Counted from the stretch's first letter, positions 18,040 through 27,466 are shown. The stretch is DNA of 64,000 nucleotides from Pseudolabrys sp. (GCA_036496445.1 DASXLC010000013.1:13836-77835); one strand, 5' to 3'. Notes: a model not told the origin generated them from the sequence alone. Made by a program: numbers and translations.

Positions 18040-19551
18040 ATGGCGAATGGCCAAAGGCATCTGCGGCGGGCGGTCGAGCCGAGCGCGTTCGGGATTTCGC
18101 TCTCGAAAGGCAATGGCCAGCCGCTGTTCATGCAACTGCATGAGCAGATCATCGACCGCATCGCTGCGGGCGAATTGATCGCCGGTGCGCGCCTGCCGCC
18201 GGTGCGGCGACTGGCCGAGCAGCTCGGCATCAACCACATGACGGTGGCGAAGGCCTACAAGGACCTTGCCGAGGCGGGCTTCGTCGAGGGCCGCGCCGGG
18301 GGCGGGACCCACGTGCGGGCGCCATACGGAACCGGCTCCAGGCGCGCACGCGGATCGGAGCCCGCTGTTGCAGGCCCACTGTTATCCGAGCGCCTCTACG
18401 AGCTCTCGCATGCGCCCGGCGTCATCGGCTTTACCGCTAATTACCCGCAACCGGATCCCGAGTGCACGAAGGAATTCGAGGTCTGCCTGCAATCGGTGAT
18501 AGCGGACGGCCTCTCGCCTTACTTCGCCTACGATCCACCCAACGGGCGCATCGGTTTCCGCCGCTCGATCGTGGAATACCTCGCCCAGCAAGGGCTGATG
18601 ACGGTGGCGGAGGACGTGATCGTGACCTCCGGCGCGCAGCAAGCGATCGAGCTTGTCGTCCGGCTGCTTGTCCCGCACGGGTCGCCGGTGATCGTAGAGC
18701 GTCCCTCGTATTACGGGGTCATCAACGCGTTGCGCAGCGTCGGTGCGCGAATCCTCGAAGTACCCCTCGAAGCCGACGGCATGGACATTGAGATGCTCGA
18801 AGGGCACCTGGCACGCCACAGGCCGCGCCTGATTTACACCAACCCGACCTTTCAGAACCCCACCGGGGTGACGGCGAGTCTCGAAAAGCGCCACGGTATT
18901 CTCGCGCTCGCACGCAAGCATGGCGTGTCAATTTTGGAAGACGATCACAATTCGGAGCTGCGTTTTTCCGGTTCGCCCGTCCCTTCCATTCGTTCGTTGG
19001 CGGAGCCAGGCGACAACGTCTTCTACGTGCACGGATTTGGAAAAGTGTTCCTGCCCGGCACGCGCCTTGGTTATGTCGTGACCCCGGCGCATGCGCGGCG
19101 CCCTTTGCTTGAGCTCAAGGCGCACAGCGATTTGCACACGACCGGTATTATGCAGGAAGCGATGGCGCGCTTCCTCGCGCGCAAGAACTATCCGAAGATT
19201 CTGGAGCGGATGAAAAGGAACTACGCTGCCAAGCAGCGCAAGGTCGTCACCAGCCTGTTGGCCGGCATGCCGCCTGGCACTTTGATCGGGAATCCCGAGG
19301 GGGGCCTCAGCCTGTGGGTGACGCTGCCGGAAGGGACCGAGGTTTCTGAACTCTACTATCGTGCCGTTCGCCGCGGTGTCGCATTCGTCGCCGGCGAGGT
19401 CTTCTATGCCTCCCGCATCAACCCGCGCACACTGCGGGTGAGCTTCGGGCTTCTCGGCGACGACGTTGTCGAGGAAGGCGTAACCAGGCTCTGCTCCGTG
19501 GCAAAGGATCTGATGCGCCCGCGCAGCGCACCCAGCCCGATATTCACATAG
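18040..19551 (+). CDS. MocR/GabR-family regulator (GntR wHTH plus PLP aminotransferase domain)
   Basis: RLPPVRRLA ... TVAKAY; SGAQQA, FQNPTG, EDD, GFGK ... RLG. Confidence 0.95.
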   Translation: MANGQRHLRRAVEPSAFGISLSKGNGQPLFMQLHEQIIDRIAAGELIAGARLPPVRRLAEQLGINHMTVAKAYKDLAEAGFVEGRAGGGTHVRAPYGTGSRRARGSEPAVAGPLLSERLYELSHAPGVIGFTANYPQPDPECTKEFEVCLQSVIADGLSPYFAYDPPNGRIGFRRSIVEYLAQQGLMTVAEDVIVTSGAQQAIELVVRLLVPHGSPVIVERPSYYGVINALRSVGARILEVPLEADGMDIEMLEGHLARHRPRLIYTNPTFQNPTGVTASLEKRHGILALARKHGVSILEDDHNSELRFSGSPVPSIRSLAEPGDNVFYVHGFGKVFLPGTRLGYVVTPAHARRPLLELKAHSDLHTTGIMQEAMARFLARKNYPKILERMKRNYAAKQRKVVTSLLAGMPPGTLIGNPEGGLSLWVTLPEGTEVSELYYRAVRRGVAFVAGEVFYASRINPRTLRVSFGLLGDDVVEEGVTRLCSVAKDLMRPRSAPSPIFT

Positions 19552-19558
19552 GTGGTTG

Positions 19559-20491
19559 GTGCCCGAAGCGATCGAGCTCACTGGCGGCGATTACGAGCAC
19601 ACGCTTGGACTGGCCGGAATTCGGGACGGGATCGATATCCGCTATATGACGGCGCCGCTGCGCGACGTCTTTCTCAGGATGCTCACCGAGCACTGCTACG
19701 AAGCCTGCGAGTTTTCGCTCTCGAACTATCTGATGCTCAAGGATCGCGGCGCAGACTGGCTGCATGCGATCCCGGTATTTCCCTATCGCGCCTTCCGTCA
19801 TTCCACGCTGTACGTGCGCAAGGACAGCCCTTTGCAGGAGCCGGCCGATCTGCACGGCAAGCGCGTCGGCGTCCCCGATTTCTCGATGACCGCCGCGGTC
19901 TGGACGCGGGGCATCCTCGCCGACCAGTACGGCGTGCAATGGCAGGATTTGCGCTGGGTCGTGAGCGGAAAGCAGCGCTTCGCGACGTTGTCGGGCGTGA
20001 CGCTGGAGGCGGCCAACGGCGACCTTGAGGCTCTGCTCGTCGAAGGTAAGGTCGACGCGCTGCTGACGCCGCAAACCGCCGACGATCGAAAGCCTGCAAG
20101 CGAGCGCAAGCTGCGCAGCCTGATTGCCGATGTGCAGGCCGCGGAAGAAGCCTATCTTCGCACTTTCGGCGTCTATCCGATCAACCACGTCGTGGTCATC
20201 CGCAGCGATACCCTGCAACGCCTGCCGAGGCTGCCGCGCGTTCTGTTCGAGGCCTATGAGCAGGCGAAGGCGCGCGCTTATGCGCGTCAACTCGGCGCGA
20301 CATTGATGCCGTGGGGCGCGCGGCATTGGAAAAAGACATTCGACCAGTTTGCCGGCGATCCGTTGCCTTACGGGTTGAACGACATCAACCGGAAGGTCCT
20401 GGGCACGCTCGCAAGGTTTCTGCACGAGCAGAAACTGATCGGGCGCCAGCCCGAATTGGACTCCCTGTTCATCGGGACGCGTGACGCCTGA
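19559..20491 (+). CDS. 4,5-dihydroxyphthalate decarboxylase-like protein (periplasmic-binding-protein fold)
   Basis: GDYEHT, EFSLSNY, AIPVFPYRAFRHS, GKRVGVPDFSMTAAVWTRG, YPINHVVVIR. Confidence 0.82.
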   Translation: MPEAIELTGGDYEHTLGLAGIRDGIDIRYMTAPLRDVFLRMLTEHCYEACEFSLSNYLMLKDRGADWLHAIPVFPYRAFRHSTLYVRKDSPLQEPADLHGKRVGVPDFSMTAAVWTRGILADQYGVQWQDLRWVVSGKQRFATLSGVTLEAANGDLEALLVEGKVDALLTPQTADDRKPASERKLRSLIADVQAAEEAYLRTFGVYPINHVVVIRSDTLQRLPRLPRVLFEAYEQAKARAYARQLGATLMPWGARHWKKTFDQFAGDPLPYGLNDINRKVLGTLARFLHEQKLIGRQPELDSLFIGTRDA

Positions 20492-20527
20492 AAAAGAACA
20501 TGCCGGGCGAGCCCGGCATGTTCTGTT
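20491..20527. terminator. Probable bidirectional intrinsic terminator between convergent genes
   Basis: Perfect inverted repeat AGAACATGCCGGGC / GCCCGGCATGTTCT (20495-20524) with an A-run on the left, i.e. a U-tail for the minus strand. Confidence 0.8.
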
Positions 20528-20545
20528 CGAACGATCTGCTTCAAC

Positions 20546-21538
20546 TCAGCACGGCGGCGGAGGGGCATCGACCAGCTTGGGATTGATGGCCTTGAGGCCG
20601 TCACCCCAGGTCAATTTGCTGAAGTCGATCGGGCCATCGGTGGCCTTTTCGCTCTGCGCCCAGCGGCTCAGGCTGCAGAAATCGTCGTAGTAGATCTTGT
20701 CAATCGCGAGCGGCCGCGTGTTGGTGTCCCACTGATCCTTCGTGGCCTTCTCACTCAGACTCAATTTGGATTGCGCATAGGCGGCAACGGCCTTGAAGTC
20801 CTTTTCGGCGACGTCGCGTCCTTTCATGGTTGCGCGCAGCCAGCGCGTGGCGATGTCCTTGCCTTGCGGGGTGGCGAGCCATTCGGGCCGCGCCCCGGCT
20901 ACGAGATAGCCCTGGATGTAACCGGTCGCGTCGCTGAGATAATGCGCCTTGTCCGGACAGATTTCGAGCGTTCGCGAGCCGACCGGCTGCCAGATGAAGA
21001 AGGCCGCGATTTCACCGCCGCACAGCGCGGCCGGCAAAACCTGCGTGTCGAGGTTTTTCACCGTGACGGTCTTCGGGTCGACCTTATTCTTGGTCAGATA
21101 TTCCGAAATGAACCACGAGCCGGTCGAGCCGACGCGCGTCGCCACTGTCTTGCCCGCGAGGTCCTGGGGCGCCTTGATGTCTTTGCCGGCGACAACAACG
21201 TAGCCTTTGGCGTCGCGCTCGATCACTGCGATCGTGCGATAGTCGCCTTTGACACGGAAGAAATATTGCACGCTGGGCAGGTCGCCGGTCATGACGATGT
21301 CGCCCTGGCCGGTCTGGAACGCCTGGAAGGCGGTCGTTCCCGACGGGAAGAGACGATATGTGACGTCGAGACCTTCCTCCTGATAGAGGCCCTTCTCGAA
21401 GGCCATCCAGATTGCATCGTTGTTGACCGAAGGTTGACCGAACAGGGTCAGCTTTAGCGGAGCATTTTGCGCCTGTGCCGCCGTAAGGCCGAGCATGGAC
21501 ACGGCGGTGACGCAGAGAAGTTTCACGATGTTGTGCAT
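20546..21538 (-). CDS. ABC transporter substrate-binding protein (SsuA/NMT1-like)
   Basis: Sec signal peptide (AQA), DLAGKTVATRVGSTG, IWQP. Confidence 0.9.
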   Translation of the reverse strand: MHNIVKLLCVTAVSMLGLTAAQAQNAPLKLTLFGQPSVNNDAIWMAFEKGLYQEEGLDVTYRLFPSGTTAFQAFQTGQGDIVMTGDLPSVQYFFRVKGDYRTIAVIERDAKGYVVVAGKDIKAPQDLAGKTVATRVGSTGSWFISEYLTKNKVDPKTVTVKNLDTQVLPAALCGGEIAAFFIWQPVGSRTLEICPDKAHYLSDATGYIQGYLVAGARPEWLATPQGKDIATRWLRATMKGRDVAEKDFKAVAAYAQSKLSLSEKATKDQWDTNTRPLAIDKIYYDDFCSLSRWAQSEKATDGPIDFSKLTWGDGLKAINPKLVDAPPPPC

Positions 21539-21555
21539 GGCTCACTCTCTTGGGT

Positions 21556-22401
21556 TTACGTCTGCGATACGAACGACATGTAACGGGCAAGCACTCTGTC
21601 GACGAAGAAACGGAAAATACGATCGACGATGAAGCCGAGAACGCAGATCGTGAGCAGCGCCACGAAAATGCGATTGGTCTGCAGCAGCATCGAGGATTTC
21701 TGGAGGAGGTAGCCGATACCTGAATCGGCGGCGAGAATTTCGGCCGGGATGATGCTCATGAACGAAGAGGCCATCGCCACGCGCATTCCTGTCACGATGT
21801 AAGGAACAGCGGAAGGGATGACGACGAGCACGAAAATCTGGAGCTGACTGGCCCCCAGGCATTCCGCCGCACGCTGGCGGGCGACCGGCGCCCGCCACAC
21901 GCCCGCGGTCGTATTGATGACGACGATGAAAAAAGTACCCCAGAAAATCAGAAAGTATTTCGAAAGCTCGCCGATCCCGAACCAGATGACCGCGATGGGT
22001 ATCATCGCCGTGGGAGAGAGATAGCGCAGCAGCTCGAGGATCGGATCGAGCAGATCGTGCATGACGCGGAAACGGCCGAGCAGCACACCGGTTATGATTC
22101 CTGCGAGCGACCCTGTCGCAAACCCGACCACGACCCTGGTCATGCTGATCGCCACGTCGCCAAGGATCTCGCCGCTCATCAGCATCGGTATGGCCGTGCG
22201 GATGACCTCAAGCGGCGGCGGGATCAGAAACGGATTGAACAATACTGTCGACAGGAACTGCCAGATCAGGAACGCCAGGACGAGCGACCCCACCGCCAGC
22301 GCGCCGTGAGAAAGATTGGCGGTCATGGGTCGACGGGATCGCGCGCCAGCGTCGTCTGAAGGCTTGGCGACCACCGGTGCTGTGTCCTGAATCTCTACCA
22401 A
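21556..22401 (-). CDS. ABC transporter permease (NitT/TauT family)
   Basis: IWFGIGELSK, AAECLGAS (EAA loop), AEILAADSGIG. Start uncertain (22401 or 22326). Confidence 0.92.
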   Translation of the reverse strand: MVEIQDTAPVVAKPSDDAGARSRRPMTANLSHGALAVGSLVLAFLIWQFLSTVLFNPFLIPPPLEVIRTAIPMLMSGEILGDVAISMTRVVVGFATGSLAGIITGVLLGRFRVMHDLLDPILELLRYLSPTAMIPIAVIWFGIGELSKYFLIFWGTFFIVVINTTAGVWRAPVARQRAAECLGASQLQIFVLVVIPSAVPYIVTGMRVAMASSFMSIIPAEILAADSGIGYLLQKSSMLLQTNRIFVALLTICVLGFIVDRIFRFFVDRVLARYMSFVSQT

Positions 22402-22427
22402 AGGGTCACCATTATCTGCTCACGCAG

Positions 22428-23231
22428 CTAGGAGTGCTCCGCGACCCGCGCCAGATCCGGCGCCAGCAACGCCTCGATTTCGTTGTACAGGACGGCAACC
22501 TTCGGGTTGGTGAGATCGCGCGGCCGTGGCAGGTCGATATCGATCAGCTTTGTGATCACCGAGCGCGGCCCGAACGACATGACCCCGATGCGGTCGGCCA
22601 GAGAAATGGCTTCAGCGATGTCGTGGGTGACGAAAACAATCGTTTTGCCTGTGCGCTGCCAGATATCCAGCAGGATCGAATGCATATGCCGACGGGTCAT
22701 TGCATCGAGCGCGCCGAACGGCTCATCCATCAGCAGGACTTCCGGCTCGACCGCAAGTGCACGCGCAATCTGTAGACGCTGCCGCATGCCGCCCGACAAC
22801 TCCGATGGAAATTTCGTGCGATGCGTGTCGAGGCCGGTCATGCGCAGGTATGTGTCGATGATCGGTTGCCAGCCGGCCTTCGGTATTTTCCGCACGCGCA
22901 ACCCGAAGCGAACGTTTTCCTCGACTGTGAGCCAAGGCAGTAGTGCCGATCCGGCGTCCTGAAAGAACATCACGCGCTCGCGGCCGGCGCCGGTAATCGG
23001 CGTGTCAGCCGACATCACGGTACCCGCCGTCACGGGCTCAAAGCCGGCAAGAATATTGAGCAGTGTGGATTTGCCGCAGCCGGAGGGGCCGAGCAGACAC
23101 AGAAACTCGCCATCAGAGACCGTGAGGGACACACCATCCAACGCGATGTAGGTGCCGCGCGCGGATTCGAACACCTTGCGGACGTTGCTGACGCGTAACA
23201 AAGCTGCCTCCGAAAAGCGTGCGAGGCGCAT
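22428..23231 (-). CDS. ABC transporter ATP-binding protein (NitT/TauT family)
   Basis: GPSGCGKST, LSGGMRQR, DEPFGALD. Confidence 0.93.
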   Translation of the reverse strand: MRLARFSEAALLRVSNVRKVFESARGTYIALDGVSLTVSDGEFLCLLGPSGCGKSTLLNILAGFEPVTAGTVMSADTPITGAGRERVMFFQDAGSALLPWLTVEENVRFGLRVRKIPKAGWQPIIDTYLRMTGLDTHRTKFPSELSGGMRQRLQIARALAVEPEVLLMDEPFGALDAMTRRHMHSILLDIWQRTGKTIVFVTHDIAEAISLADRIGVMSFGPRSVITKLIDIDLPRPRDLTNPKVAVLYNEIEALLAPDLARVAEHS

Positions 23232-23408
23232 CCTACGACCCTCAACGTTAGGGTTGGCCGGACTCCGTGTCAAACGAGTGCTCGTTTGTCTCTATGACAA
23301 TTGCCGCGTGCATGCGCGGTCTGCGGCGCGCCGGCCGCACTGGACACGCGAAATCGCCTTTGCGATGTTTGGTGCAAGAAAAATCTCGAATGATCGGGGA
23401 GGTTGTGC

Positions 23409-24698
23409 ATGTCCGATGTGAAACCGATTGCACCCGTCCGTATCGGACAATCCGACATTTTCTATGCGCAGGGTGTGCGCGCGGGCGCCTGGCTGTTCTT
23501 CACCGGACACGAGGCGACTGACTTCGAGTACGGGATCGCGGGACCGGTCGCGGGCAAGCCGGGCCAGCCGCTCGGCGGCGCACCACGTTATTTGCGCGAG
23601 GGACGCTTCATCTTCGACCGCTTCGCCAAATTGATCGCAGCGGAAGGCGGCGATCTGCGCCACATCGTGCGCGTCGACCAATATTACCCGCGCGCCGAAT
23701 GCGTTAATCCCTATCAGCGCGCGCGCAAGACGCTGTTGAAGGACTACGTTCCACCGAGCACGTCCGTATTGATGGAGGAATTGCTCACCGTCGGAGCCAA
23801 CATGAACGTCTCATTGCTGGCGGTTCTGCCGGGCGAGGGGCGCGAGCCGCATGCTGCCCGCGCCGACGGCGTTCCGGTTCCGCAGCATTCCGGCTTCATC
23901 GCTTCGCTCGCCTGCGGCGACTATGTGTTCGTTGCCGGGCAGATGCCGAACAACGAGGCCATGACCGGACTTGATCCAAAGGCCTACCGCCCGCCCAACG
24001 CGCTCTGGAACGGCACCGATATCCGGCTGCAGACGGAATTTCTGATCACAGGGCGCCTCAAGCCCGGGCTGGAGGCGGGCGGTAGCTCGCTCAAGAACGC
24101 GATCAAGGCACAGGTCTACCTCACCGACATCAACGACCTGCCCGAGTTCATGGACGTCTGGAACAGTCATTTCGCCGACAGTCCTTGCGCGCTCACGGTC
24201 GTCGCGACGAAAGGGCTCGCACTTCTCGAGTCGAAAATCGAGATTAATATTTTCGGCGTGCGTGACAACGGAAAAATAAAAAAGCAGATCATCGAGCACA
24301 ACGCCTCTGCGGCCATGCGGCTCGGTCCAGCCGCGGTTCGCGCCGGCGATCTCCTTTGCCTATCCGCTCTCTACGCTGCCGACGACGAAGGCGTATTGCC
24401 TGGGGTAGGCGCCTCATCAGGCTTGCGCTACCTCGGCGCTCCGGCCCAACATCAGATGCGCGCAATTTTGGCCGCTGCTGATGAAATTTGCCAGCGCAGT
24501 GGAACGTCACTTGACAATGTTGTTCGAGCGCATCACTTCGTCGGCGATCTGAATGTTGTTTATCCTGCGTTGCAGATTTGGCGGGAAAAGTTATTCGGTG
24601 CGCCTATCCCATTTGGCGCAGTTCGCACGCCGCAACCGATGCCCATCCCTGGCTGTGACGTCATTGTCGACGCATGGGTGTATCAACCGGGCAAGTGA
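23409..24698 (+). CDS. Protein with three tandem Rid/YjgF domains
   Basis: Three repeats: RAGAWLFFTG ... LRHIVRVDQY; ACGDYVFVAGQ ... LKNAIKAQVYL ... IEINIFG; RAGDLLCLSA ... LDNVVRAHHF ... VIVDAW. Confidence 0.85.
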   Translation: MSDVKPIAPVRIGQSDIFYAQGVRAGAWLFFTGHEATDFEYGIAGPVAGKPGQPLGGAPRYLREGRFIFDRFAKLIAAEGGDLRHIVRVDQYYPRAECVNPYQRARKTLLKDYVPPSTSVLMEELLTVGANMNVSLLAVLPGEGREPHAARADGVPVPQHSGFIASLACGDYVFVAGQMPNNEAMTGLDPKAYRPPNALWNGTDIRLQTEFLITGRLKPGLEAGGSSLKNAIKAQVYLTDINDLPEFMDVWNSHFADSPCALTVVATKGLALLESKIEINIFGVRDNGKIKKQIIEHNASAAMRLGPAAVRAGDLLCLSALYAADDEGVLPGVGASSGLRYLGAPAQHQMRAILAAADEICQRSGTSLDNVVRAHHFVGDLNVVYPALQIWREKLFGAPIPFGAVRTPQPMPIPGCDVIVDAWVYQPGK

Positions 24699-24750
24699 CA
24701 GCCAATTGTTCAAAAGCTGCTAGCCCAAAGCGGGCACGTGACTCTGGTTT

Positions 24751-24822
24751 GTCGCCGTGACGATTGTCAGTCGCATGCATGGCGCCATCGAAATGCGTGC
24801 CGACATGTGATATCGAGCTCAT
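24751..24822 (-). pseudogene. Remnant of a cyclase (kynurenine formamidase/isatin hydrolase) family gene
   Basis: Minus strand reads HVGTHFDGAMHATD from 24807, matching the HxGTHxDxxxH metal motif. No full-length ORF surrounds it. Confidence 0.6.
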
Positions 24823-25112
24823 GCCGGGCAAGCGTAGCCTGATCGGCGCATTCCCTGGTGCTGCGAAGGTTTCGAAGGTTGTCCTTGCCGGATCGTGTGC
24901 TTTCTTGATCGTGACAACGCTGCGGCGGTTGGTGACGCGGCAAAGGCGATCTTACTTAGTTGATGGCGCGATGTCCGCTTATGGCATCCGCGAACTTGCC
25001 TTGTTCGCTTTTTTGAAAAATATTTAATCCGATTCGTAGCAACTTCGTTGTGGTATGGGCGACGACCACCATGAAGTCGCTGTCACCGGACTTCAGAACC
25101 TTTCCCGCGTCC

Positions 25113-25523
25113 TCAAATGGGATCTTTGACAGCGATCGCCTCTATCTCGACCATAAGGTCCGGATGCGACAGTCGACGGACCTCGACCGTTGTACTGGCC
25201 GGTAGTCCCACACCAAGGTAATCGTGGCGAACGTCGACATGGCGAAAAAATTCGTCGATGTCGGTCACGAAAGTCGTGGTTTTTACAAGATCAGCGAGCG
25301 TTGCTCCCACGGCTTCGAGAGCCAGCCGCAGATTTTCTCCGACTTGCCCGACCTGCCTTCGCATGTCGCGCGGACCGACGATATTACCGGACTTATCGCG
25401 CGCAAGCTGGCCGGAAATGAAGATGAGCGATTGCGTTTCGGCCACCACAACGTGTGTGTAGAGAACGCGCCCCTCAAGCGCCCTTTGAAACAACGTTTTG
25501 GGTTGAATTTTCGTCACGGTCAT
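25113..25523 (-). CDS. Rid-family protein lacking the catalytic Arg
   Basis: YTHVV, FISGQ, LPASTTVEV, MVEIEAIA; GGAGG ribosome-binding site. Confidence 0.9.
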   Translation of the reverse strand: MTVTKIQPKTLFQRALEGRVLYTHVVVAETQSLIFISGQLARDKSGNIVGPRDMRRQVGQVGENLRLALEAVGATLADLVKTTTFVTDIDEFFRHVDVRHDYLGVGLPASTTVEVRRLSHPDLMVEIEAIAVKDPI

Positions 25524-25610
25524 CGTCAACCTCCTGGTACTTGCAATGGCTATTGCGGTCGTTACGCCCGTTTAGCAAGATGGTGTCAGGCTTTGCAAAG
25601 GAGGGCAGAT

Positions 25611-26672
25611 ATGCGCGCAATACGAACGACAAGCTTGGAGCGCCTATCGCGACGCCGGGTCTTGCAGGTCGGGGCCGCCGGTCTGGTCGGTGCCTCGATT
25701 GGTGTATTGCCCCGCGCCTCTGCAGCCCCCGTTACGATCCATTATGCGACCGGCGGTGGTATAGGCCCAAACGAAATGGAGACGATAATCTATCTCGATT
25801 ATCTCAAAGAGAACGTGCTCAAGAACTATGGAAAATCTTATACGCTTGAAATGACGTTCACGCGCGGTACGCCCGAAGCCGCGACACTGCTCGCTTCCGG
25901 GCAAGCCGATCTGGGCACGCTCGCGTTTTCGACCTTTGCAACAGCCGTAGCCAAAGACGCGGTCGCAGGCGGCCTCTCGATCATATCTGACAACTATCAG
26001 GATGGGCACTCCGGCAACGCAACCAACACGTTTTTCGTGCTGCAGGATTCGCCGATTAAGACGGTTGAGGACCTCAAGGGCAAGAAGGTCGGCATTAACG
26101 CTTACGGCTCCGCGGTCGATTTGGTTTTGCGTGTCGTGCTGAAGAAAAAAGGACTCGATCCCAGGCGCGATGTGCAAATTGTCGAGGTCAATTTCCCCAA
26201 TATGGCGGCTGCGATCCGGGAAAAACGAGTCGATTGCGGGGTTCTGGTAATTCCATTCCTGGCGGTCGAAAGCCGCAAGGGAGATCTGCGCACACTCTTC
26301 ACCGGCGGCGACGCCTTCGGTCCCTCGTCGGTGATATTTCAAGTCGCGCGCACTGCCTTTTTGAAGCAGAACGAGGATGCGGTGCGCGGTTTTCTTGCAG
26401 ACTATGTGACCGGGCTCAATTGGTACTATGACAAAGCCAATCGCGGCAAAGCGATCGAACTGGTCTCAGCCTTCACAAAATCACCGAAGGAAGTGCTCGA
26501 TAGCTATTTTGCAACTGGAAGCGACTATTACCGTGATCCAAATGGCTGCGTGCCAGCGATCGCAATCCAGAAGCCGATTGATGCAATGGTCGAGGAAAAA
26601 CTGATTCCGCAGCCGGTCGATGCCTCGAAATATCTTGCCCTGAGCTATCTTCCGCGCCCGTGCTCAACATAG
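25611..26672 (+). CDS. ABC transporter substrate-binding protein (SsuA/NMT1-like), Tat signal
   Basis: SRRRVL, DSPIKTVEDLKGKKVG; AGGAGG before ATG 25611. Confidence 0.9.
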   Translation: MRAIRTTSLERLSRRRVLQVGAAGLVGASIGVLPRASAAPVTIHYATGGGIGPNEMETIIYLDYLKENVLKNYGKSYTLEMTFTRGTPEAATLLASGQADLGTLAFSTFATAVAKDAVAGGLSIISDNYQDGHSGNATNTFFVLQDSPIKTVEDLKGKKVGINAYGSAVDLVLRVVLKKKGLDPRRDVQIVEVNFPNMAAAIREKRVDCGVLVIPFLAVESRKGDLRTLFTGGDAFGPSSVIFQVARTAFLKQNEDAVRGFLADYVTGLNWYYDKANRGKAIELVSAFTKSPKEVLDSYFATGSDYYRDPNGCVPAIAIQKPIDAMVEEKLIPQPVDASKYLALSYLPRPCST

Positions 26673-27466
26673 TGCGGCCCAAGATCGAGATCCGCCGCGT
26701 ATCGAAAGCCTATGCAAGCGATCACGGCCCGGTGCTCGCGTTGCGCGACACCGACCTTGCGGTCGGCGAGGGCGAGTTCGTATCGATCGTAGGTCCCTCC
26801 GGGTGCGGCAAGAGCACGCTGCTCTACATCGTTGGTGGCTTTCTTGATGCCGACGGCGACGTCATTATTGACGATAAGGCGATCATGGGTCCTGGCACCG
26901 ATCGCGGCATTGTCTTCCAGGAATACGCGTTGTTCCCCTGGCTCACGGTTGAGGACAACATCGGCTACGGGCTTGATCGGCAGCATGTTTCCGCGACGGA
27001 CCGCAAGAAAATTATCGATCGCCTGATCGGCGTGATCGGTCTCACCGGTTTTGAGAAGCGTTATCCGAGAGAGCTTTCGGGCGGCATGAAACAGCGGGTC
27101 GCGATCGCCCGCACGCTCGCTTGCGACCCAGCAATTCTGCTCCTGGATGAACCTTTTGGCGCGCTCGACGCGCAGACGCGCGAAATCATGCAGGACGAGT
27201 TGCTGCGCATCTGGCTAGAGACTCAAAAGACGGTTCTTCTTGTGACCCACGACGTCACCGAGGCGGTATATTTGTCCAATCGGATCTGCATCATGTCGGC
27301 CAGGCCTGGGCAGATCATTGAGCAATTCACGGTGGATCTTGATCGGACCCGACCCCGAGAAGAGCTGGTCCTGTCCCCTGACTTCAACACGATTCGCAAC
27401 AAGGTCTGGCTCTCCGTACGGCGCCAGGCGCTTGCCGCTGGGCAACAGAATGTTGATCCGTCCTGA
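26660..27466 (+). CDS. ABC transporter ATP-binding protein (NitT/TauT family)
   Basis: GPSGCGKST, LSGGMKQR, DEPFGALD. Confidence 0.93.
   Translation: MLNIVRPKIEIRRVSKAYASDHGPVLALRDTDLAVGEGEFVSIVGPSGCGKSTLLYIVGGFLDADGDVIIDDKAIMGPGTDRGIVFQEYALFPWLTVEDNIGYGLDRQHVSATDRKKIIDRLIGVIGLTGFEKRYPRELSGGMKQRVAIARTLACDPAILLLDEPFGALDAQTREIMQDELLRIWLETQKTVLLVTHDVTEAVYLSNRICIMSARPGQIIEQFTVDLDRTRPREELVLSPDFNTIRNKVWLSVRRQALAAGQQNVDPS

Noticed and set aside
24764-25027. 87-aa + strand ORF
   Set aside because: No RBS or motif; the recognisable signal is the cyclase remnant on the opposite strand.
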